A model generated the notes under the pieces. That model saw only the letters and a program-made list of their open reading frames with translations. It had not been told where the DNA came from and searched no databases. The translations under genes were made by a program, and so were the position numbers. A DNA stretch of 64,000 nt, from positions 308,698,001 to 308,762,000 of the forward strand of contig OZ024742.1 of assembly GCA_964016885.1 (NCBI GenBank), in the 5' to 3' direction. The DNA is from Eledone cirrhosa (lineage: Eukaryota). Positions 56,052 to 64,000 of this stretch are shown here, piece after piece; the first letter of the stretch is position 1; each line of letters begins with the position of its first letter.

Positions 56052-56740
56052 AGAATCCCATGGTTCAATCTTCCCCACAACGCCGAGGTGACAACTCCTA
56101 TCGGGAAAATATTCTTTAGGCTCATCGAAAAACACTTCCCACTACAACACCTCTACCACAACATAATTAACAAAAATACCATCAAACTCTCCTACAGCAC
56201 CACACCAAACTTTGCACAAAACATCGTCTCCTCTAACAACAAAAACTCAACCCCTATGGAAGAAATAACCTACATAGCAGTGGAGAGCCGACCAGGAGGT
56301 GCAACTGTCCTGATAGATCCAGTTGCCCCCTCGACAACAGATGCAGAGATCGTAATGTGATCTACCAGTGCAACGTGAGGACGGACACCTCCAACAAAGC
56401 TTATATAGGATTAACCGCATGTGACTTCAAGACCCGGCTATACCAACACAGACATACCTTCCGAAACCCGGCCCGGCGTCACGCCACTACACTTTCGGGC
56501 CACATATGGGACCTCAAGCATAACAATATTACCTATGATCTCACTTGGAGCTTACTGTCCAGAGCCAACTCTTACACGGGAGGACGCCGTCTGTGCAATT
56601 TATGCTCAGAGGAAACTTTACAAATGCTGTTTTCGACGGACCAACTCCTAAACAAGAAAGATGAACTGGTTACTGCATGTAAACACGGATTGCGTAGGAC
56701 TTACCTCGCCCTCAAACCCCATAATGACCCGGGGGGGTAG
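56052..56740 (+). pseudogene. Naiad-like PLE C-terminal fragment (GIY-YIG), one frameshift near 56270
   Basis: RIPWFNLPH..TPIGKIFFRLIEKHFP..IINKNTIKLSYS / RRCNCPDRSSCPLDNRC..NVIYQC..YIGLT..FKTRLYQH..CNLCSEE..CKH; homologous to 46490-47754. Confidence 0.85.
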
Positions 56741-57863
56741 ACTAGGGCTATAACACCCCACTTGCCGATTTTGTAATGGGTAAGCCCTGCTTGCAAAGGT
56801 AGACGTAAGATCTTCTTTTATATCTTTTTATCGCTTCCTCTATATTTCCTTCTTCACCCCAGTCCTCTTTCTTTGTCGTCGTCCTTTTCACTTTCTCGCC
56901 CACCCGAGGCAGCCCCTCGGTTCTTTGTGGCCTCAGTACCCCCACCCCCTTCACCTATTCTATGATAGAATTGGCCGACTCCGCTTTTTATAGCAGATGT
57001 GTTAGGCCCCGGATACTTGCCTTCTTATCCGATGGCTGCCCCTTTTCCGTGCTTTCTATATTTCTTAGTGGTATCTTTGCTTTAATTTCTCGTATATCAG
57101 TATTTATTTTTTTTTGGGGGGGGGGGTGATTCTGAATTAATTTTCCGTATCTAATTTTTCATATACTTCGTACGAGCATTTATGTAGTTTGCACTAGAAT
57201 TTTTGTATCGTGGCGGCACCCTTAGAGATAGTATTAGTATTCTTTTTCGGGATTCTGAATTATTATTTCGTATTAGTTTATTTATTTTTGCACTGGTTGG
57301 TTGCTGGCCTTGTGCCTGGGGTAGAAACCTTTATTTCGTATTGGTCTCGGGACTCTGAATTATTATTTCGTGGTAGTTTCTTTAGTATTTTGGCCCCCCA
57401 CTTGTTGACCCGTCACCGTAAGATATACTCGGTTGATTACTTATACCTCTTAAAAGGGTCTGATTATAATTCGGTCCCACCTAGTAAACCTTTCTTTAGT
57501 CTAGCAGTACCAGTGAAAGACTTGATAGCTGTCCTTAGGTTATAGTAACCAGAATTTTTTTTTTTTACATTTAATTGTTTTTTAACATTCTCGGTATTTT
57601 TCTATATATTTACCCCATATTGCTTTACTTATTGTTTCGACATCCTCCCCCTCCCCCTCCCTAGTATACTTCTTTTACCTCCTGCCCAGCTGTAGCTGTC
57701 ACTATCAACGCACAACTGGGTTTTCTCCACCCCTCTCCCTCTTTCTTCTACTGGCAGGTTCAGCTACCCTTTCCCTCCACAAATTGCCATGATAGAATTA
57801 TGTGTCTCAACAACAAACTTTTGACCAATCCTTGTGACAATCACTTTTACCATATATGGAATT

Positions 57864-57959
57864 ACCCCCTGAGAAGCTCGGCTATTCATATACCAGGATA
57901 AAAATGTTCATTTAGTCCAGAATTAGCCGTCGAAACGGCTTGAGCTCAGCCGTCGGGGT
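57864..57959 (+). ncRNA. Hammerhead-like motif with variant core CUGAGAAG (mutated antisense copy at 55349-55444)
   Basis: ACCCC CUGAGAAG cu CGGCUA..long..UAGCCG uc GAA ACGGC uUGAGCUCA GCCGU C GGGGU: stems I and III well paired, palindromic loop, GUC triplet. Confidence 0.6.
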
Positions 57960-58050
57960 CCTACTCGTTCCTATTACCTACTGTACTACCCTAAGTATTG
58001 AGTACTTTGGTGCGTTATGGTCCACCTGGTTCCTTACCATATTGCCCTCG

Positions 58051-58117
<67 letters not shown>

Positions 58118-58189
58118 CATATATATTTATATATATATACATACATACATATATATATTATTATTGGTGCTCTGAAATAGCGATGTATA

Positions 58190-58747
<558 letters not shown>

Positions 58748-59562
58748 TTGTACATATATATATATAACGAAGGAAGTGTGGTTAAGAATCTGGTGGACCA
58801 TAACAGACCAGAGTACTCGATACTTTGGGTAGTAGAGTGGGTAATAAGAAAAGAGTCAGAACCCCGACGGCAGAGTACTTTACCACACTTCCTTTGTTAT
58901 ATATATATATATGGGATAATAAATTATTGTTCGTATATATATATATATACCTTCCATATACTGTACCGATTGTGTTGTTATTTCTGTTTACCTTTTACAT
59001 ACATATATATATATATATGATAATAATGGAGCTGCGGCGTTGCAAATGGGCTACATATGAAAAAGTAAGTCCTTCATCAGTGGCGCTCCAACCGTCCCAG
59101 GCATTTCATCGCTTTAAGGGCCATATACCTCAGGTTGATGCGAACAACGGCTAAAAAAAGTCGTTGGGACACGTAAATAAAGGGGACGCTAGGGTGAACA
59201 AACAAAATGGTTTAAGCAACAGAAAGTGAGAAGAAAGAGACAAGTCCCAGATTTCTATGAATATAAACTCGGTGAAATCGTGAACGAGAGAATAAAGACC
59301 ATCAAACCTGGTTGAAATGTGAGCAAGGAAGGAATTTCGCACAGGTCTAACGGGGGGAAGAAGGGGTCTGGTCTGCGAATTCGGTAAACATAAGTTCTGT
59401 GAAGTCGCAGACGAGAGAGAGAGAGAGAGAGAAAAAAAAATTCATACCGGCTTGGCCAAGAACGCGCGAGAAAAGAAATCGGACAGGTCAAACGGGAAGA
59501 AAGAGGAGGAGGAGGAGGAGAGGTAGTGACAGAGAATGAGTGAGTGAAATACATACATACAC

Positions 59563-59651
<89 letters not shown>

Positions 59652-59666
59652 CACACACACACACAG

Positions 59667-59736
<70 letters not shown>

Positions 59737-59876
59737 ATATGTATATATACATGAGAGAGAGAGATACATATATATGTATGTATATGTAAATATATATATA
59801 ATTATATAAATGAGGGAGAGAGATACATATATATATATATATGTATGTATGTATATGTATATATAATTATATACAT

Positions 59877-59952
<76 letters not shown>

Positions 59953-60189
59953 TATGTATGTATGAATATATGTATGTATACAGGTTTGTGTATGTAATTA
60001 CGTGTTTGCATGTATACATTTGGATAAAATAAAAACGACATGCATGTATGTATGTATTTGAATAAAAATATATATTGTAGATTTTTCTTTCATATGTGTA
60101 AAAGTTCTTAATTTGCAAGAGACACTATTGTTATTAATCGATGTCCTGTAACCTAGATTCGGAGATCATTATTGTAATTAAAGTCACAG

Positions 60190-60500
60190 CAGATAATAAT
60201 TGTTTCTACTTTTTGACACAAGGCTAGCAATTACCCAGTACATTACTGGTACTTTATTTTATCAACCCCGTAAGGATGAAAGGCAAAGTTCACCTCGGCG
60301 GAATTTGAACTCAGATCATAAAGGGACATAACTATGCTAGAAAGCATGGCGTCATACCCTCTACCGATACTGCCAATCCACCGCAGATAATAATTGTTTC
60401 TACTTTTGGCACAAGGCCAGCAATTACCCAATGCATTACTGGTACTTTATTCTATCGACCCCCAGAAGGATGAAAGGCAAAGTTAACCTCGGCGGGATCC
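60190..60500 (-). mobile_element. Tandem OK-like SINE-derived units (~193-bp period)
   Basis: CAGATAATAATTGTTTCTACTTTT.GCACAAGGC.AGCAATT... repeated at ~60190 and ~60384. Confidence 0.7.
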
Positions 60501-63500
60501 ACAACAATGACTTCACTTCATAATTAATATTTGCTAAATAATGAGTTTCTCAATTCTCCGACGGTCAACCATTTCTTTCATGATTAATCATCCCATCTAT
60601 GCCGACTGCTGCAAGCTACATTACTGTCCAAAGTAAAGTAATATTTAATTTTTTACTTGCCTGAAGGAATGGACTACCGTCGGTTTCGACGATGAGTGTT
60701 CCGTTTGTTAGATCAATAGAACAGCCTGCTCATGAAATCAATGTGCAAATGGTTGAGAATTTTTACAGACATATGCTCCCTTAATATAATTTTTTCTATA
60801 TCTGGCACAAGGCCAGCAATTATTCCAGTGTATTACTGGTGCTTTATTTTATCGACCCCGTAAGGATGAAAGGCAAAGTTAACCTCAGAGGAATTTGAAC
60901 ACAGAACGTAAAGGACCATGCTCCCTTAATATAATGTTCAGGAAGATTCTGCGTAACACAGTGTGTGAGAAGGCTGGCCTTTCGAGTTATAACTACAATA
61001 TATCCGATGGGTATCGCAGTAGTTTCCGTCTATCCATTTTCACTCACAATACATGGATCGACTCGGGGCTATGATAAATAACACTTGCTCATGAAATCGA
61101 TGTGTTTGCGGTCGAGCCCGTAACAGTGGAGACTTCTGGTGTCCTTGGCCATCTCTCTGCTTACCACTATCGGCACAGAGTTGGCTTCCTGCAGGTGAGC
61201 CTCGCAAGCTAGGGTAGCTCTTCCAGCGCGTCTCCCTCACCATCCTCCGCGGAAACGCCTTCTCTATTCTGTCCGCCGGAGCTGCGGGGTGGCCAGCACG
61301 TAGGCCCCATTTGCTCACAATAGTGAGAGACGAGGAGAGCGGGAGAGACAGAGGAGGTGGTAGTGGGAGTTTGGTTCTGGTGTATATAGGTGTACATGGG
61401 AGAGAATGAGTATTTGGCAGTTTCTACATGTTCTTTCACTGTATGTCTAGTTAAGTTAAACAGACATTAAATGAAGATGATTAAATAAATATGCAGTATG
61501 TACAAATGATATACAAAATAATATCGGAATAAAATTAGTTATGTCCCTTACAATTTATTTTACCCAGAATGCAATAACGGAAATTGGCTAGAATTCTCTG
61601 CCTCTTTCTGTTGAAACTGGCTGTAACTGGTCGCTCAAACTGATATTAAGGTATTGTTCTCAAAATAAATACTTTCAAAATCTCATAGATTCGGTATTAT
61701 GTGAGATAATTATGCGAGGTAAAGCCTTTACCATGAAAATATAATAGTATATATAGAGTAATGTGAATGCTAAAGGGTTAACTTAATTCTTAGGAAGTTT
61801 CTACGTGACGCAATGGGTTCGAGCCCTAAACTTAATGACTGTAAAACGAACTTCTTAGTCATTCGGTCCTGCTGAGTTCATTTATTTGTTTGCAATCAAT
61901 GTGACAGTACTAGCTTCTGTCCTGTTTGTGACTACAGCAGCTGCTGCTACTGTGCTGTTGTTGTTGTTTCTGCTGTTGTTGATGATGATGCTACTATTGC
62001 TGAAGCTAGTATTGTTACGGACAGTGTCAGTTGTAAATGTTAAATATATTTATGAAAGAAGTCAACCTTCTGAAGTTATTAAGGTGTTTTGAGGATTCAT
62101 CATTTTAAGTAACTGCACCAAACAGCAATCCATTGCCCACAATGTTCACCTCAGATAATGTGTAAATAGCAACACACCACTCTCAATTTGCATCTGCATT
62201 TGTATTAAGTCGGATTAAGTGGTGTCAAGCACGGGATTTGCTTTTCGGGGTCATGAGTCAAGCGAACAAACTCTGTCATATCAATAATTGATACGTTAAT
62301 GAACAGAAATCCTCTTAAAGTTAATCTATTTCTCTTCTGTATTTCTCGTTGTTTCTCTCTGGTCAGCATATTTCACTCTTTCTCTCTTTCTCTCCTTCTC
62401 TTTCTCTTTCTCTCTCTTTCTTCCCCTCTACCTCCCTCTCTCTATCTATCTATCTATCTCTCCATCTCTTTCGTTCACTCGTTCTTTCTCTTTCAATCTC
62501 TCACATACACACTTCTCAAGAAAAACGGTAATTGTAGCTGTAATCAATGTCATTATGTTCCCTTTTACCCAACAACAACACCGAAAATCAGATATATTCA
62601 AACATCACAGTAAAGACACATCTGGGGAAGGCACTGTGATTTGCCTAAAACATGATTCACACTACACAAAAAACAAAGCATTACTCGATATTTCAGTATA
62701 CATTGGTTACACAGTTCTTCTTACCAATGAAGCATTGGTTGCAATCATAGCTGCGCTCTCCGAATCATTGATAACCATTAGGATTTAAGTTATGGAGTTT
62801 AGCTCTTTTGGCACGAAGCCGTCTAAAACCACCTCTAGATTTATGATACGAAAGTGTTTATTTTAAAGTGCTTACATTTATCTAAAAACCTTCCATCCTA
62901 GTTTTCAATGAAAGCATGTATAAAGGAATATTCCAAACACCAATGTAATAATTAGATAGTTAGCTACTTTAGGAAATCTCCCCAAATTCTTGATTAGTTT
63001 CAAAATGATTTAAGAATTATACACTGTGTCTTTCATTCGAAATATGGTAAGGTTAAATAAAAGATTTAGGCCTTTTAGAAACAATATTATAAGTCAGGTC
63101 AAGCTTCTCCCTGCTACTGGTACCATGTAATCCAGTACAACATGCCTCATGGTCGAGTGATCGGCGACTAAACCAGTTCCTCCACCAGACTCTGTTCCGG
63201 TGAGGACGGTAAGTGGAACCCCAGCAGCACAAAAGATAAAAGCTATTAAAAGGGTAGATCAATTCCTCAGAGTCAACATCTATTCACCCCAACTTAAGGT
63301 TAAATAGCCTCACCAACCCGTAATTGACCAAGCATGGAGAGTACGACTACACACCTTACATGACCAAAACCAAATAGAAAGCGGTGGAGGTGAACAAGGC
63401 AGGGGTTCCTCCAACAGGGATGAGAAAGCCCTGGATTGAATAATAATAATATTTAAATTGAATGTTGTAGAAAATATTTAAAAAGAACACTGAGTGAAAA

Positions 63501-63537
63501 GATAGGTTATTGCGTTACTTTTATTTTATTTATAATA

Positions 63538-64000
63538 ATAATAATTGTTTTTGATTTAGGCACAAGGCCAGCAATTTAAAGGGGAGGGGGAAGTCGATTA
63601 AATCGACTCCGGTGCATTACTGGTGCTTTATTTTATCGACCCCGTAGGAATGAAAGGCAAAGCTAACCTCAGCGGGATTTGAACTCACAACGTAAAGGGA
63701 TGTAACTCTATGCTACAAAACAGGGTGTCCGGCGCTCTACCAATACTGGCAATCCACCGCCCTATTTATAATATTAATAATTGTTTCTACTTTTGGCACA
63801 AGGCCAGCAATTACGCCAGTGCATTACTGGTGTTTTATTTTATCGACCCGGTAAGGTTGAAAGGCAAAGTTAACCTCGGCGGATTTGAACTCAGACCGTA
63901 AAGGGCCGTAACTCTATGCTGCAAAACATAGCATATAATAATTGTTTCTACTTTTGGCACAAGGCCAGCAATTATCCCAGGATTTGAACTCAGACCGTAA
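63538..64000 (-). mobile_element. Tandem OK-like SINE-derived units running off the window end
   Basis: Units start at ~63538, ~63776 and ~63937 with ATAATTGTTT...GGCACAAGGCCAGCAATT and the SINE core. Confidence 0.7.

Larger units (their letters stand above)
55334..58055 (+). mobile_element. 5'-truncated Naiad-like PLE with a ~726-bp inverted pLTR copy (55334-56059 / 57249-57974)
   Basis: Near-identical inverted arms bracket a GIY-YIG fragment; (TA)n on both flanks. Confidence 0.88.

Overview
Repeat-saturated, AT-rich animal genomic DNA, most likely an octopus: long (TA)n/(CA)n/(GA)n microsatellites and Octopus-type tRNA-derived SINEs point that way, but the taxon is an inference. I can support no host gene, and almost all supplied ORFs are microsatellite or repeat artefacts. 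Recognisable elements: a mariner fragment, RTE LINE pieces, two Chapaev-type (CMC) DNA transposons (one with TTA TSDs and its own empty-site paralogue 0.6 kb away), a non-autonomous Helitron, SINEs, and four Penelope-like elements (PLEs; one near full-length Neptune-like, one Poseidon-like, two Naiad-like fragments). The main hidden signal is non-coding. By eye I found about 24 type I hammerhead ribozyme (HHR) motifs from about 9 sequence families, nearly all beside (TA)n tracts. Two tandem arrays (12044-13458, 3 x 466 bp, minus strand; 38218-41390, 6 HHR-bearing units of 468-511 bp, plus strand) carry one minimal HHR with a palindromic stem III per unit. The two arrays are diverged homologues with covarying HHR stems and a conserved octamer/TATA-like block upstream of the ribozyme. 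This fits a retrozyme-like, possibly circRNA-producing, (TA)n-targeted system mobilised by neighbouring PLEs. All structures were folded by eye, with no computation or database search.
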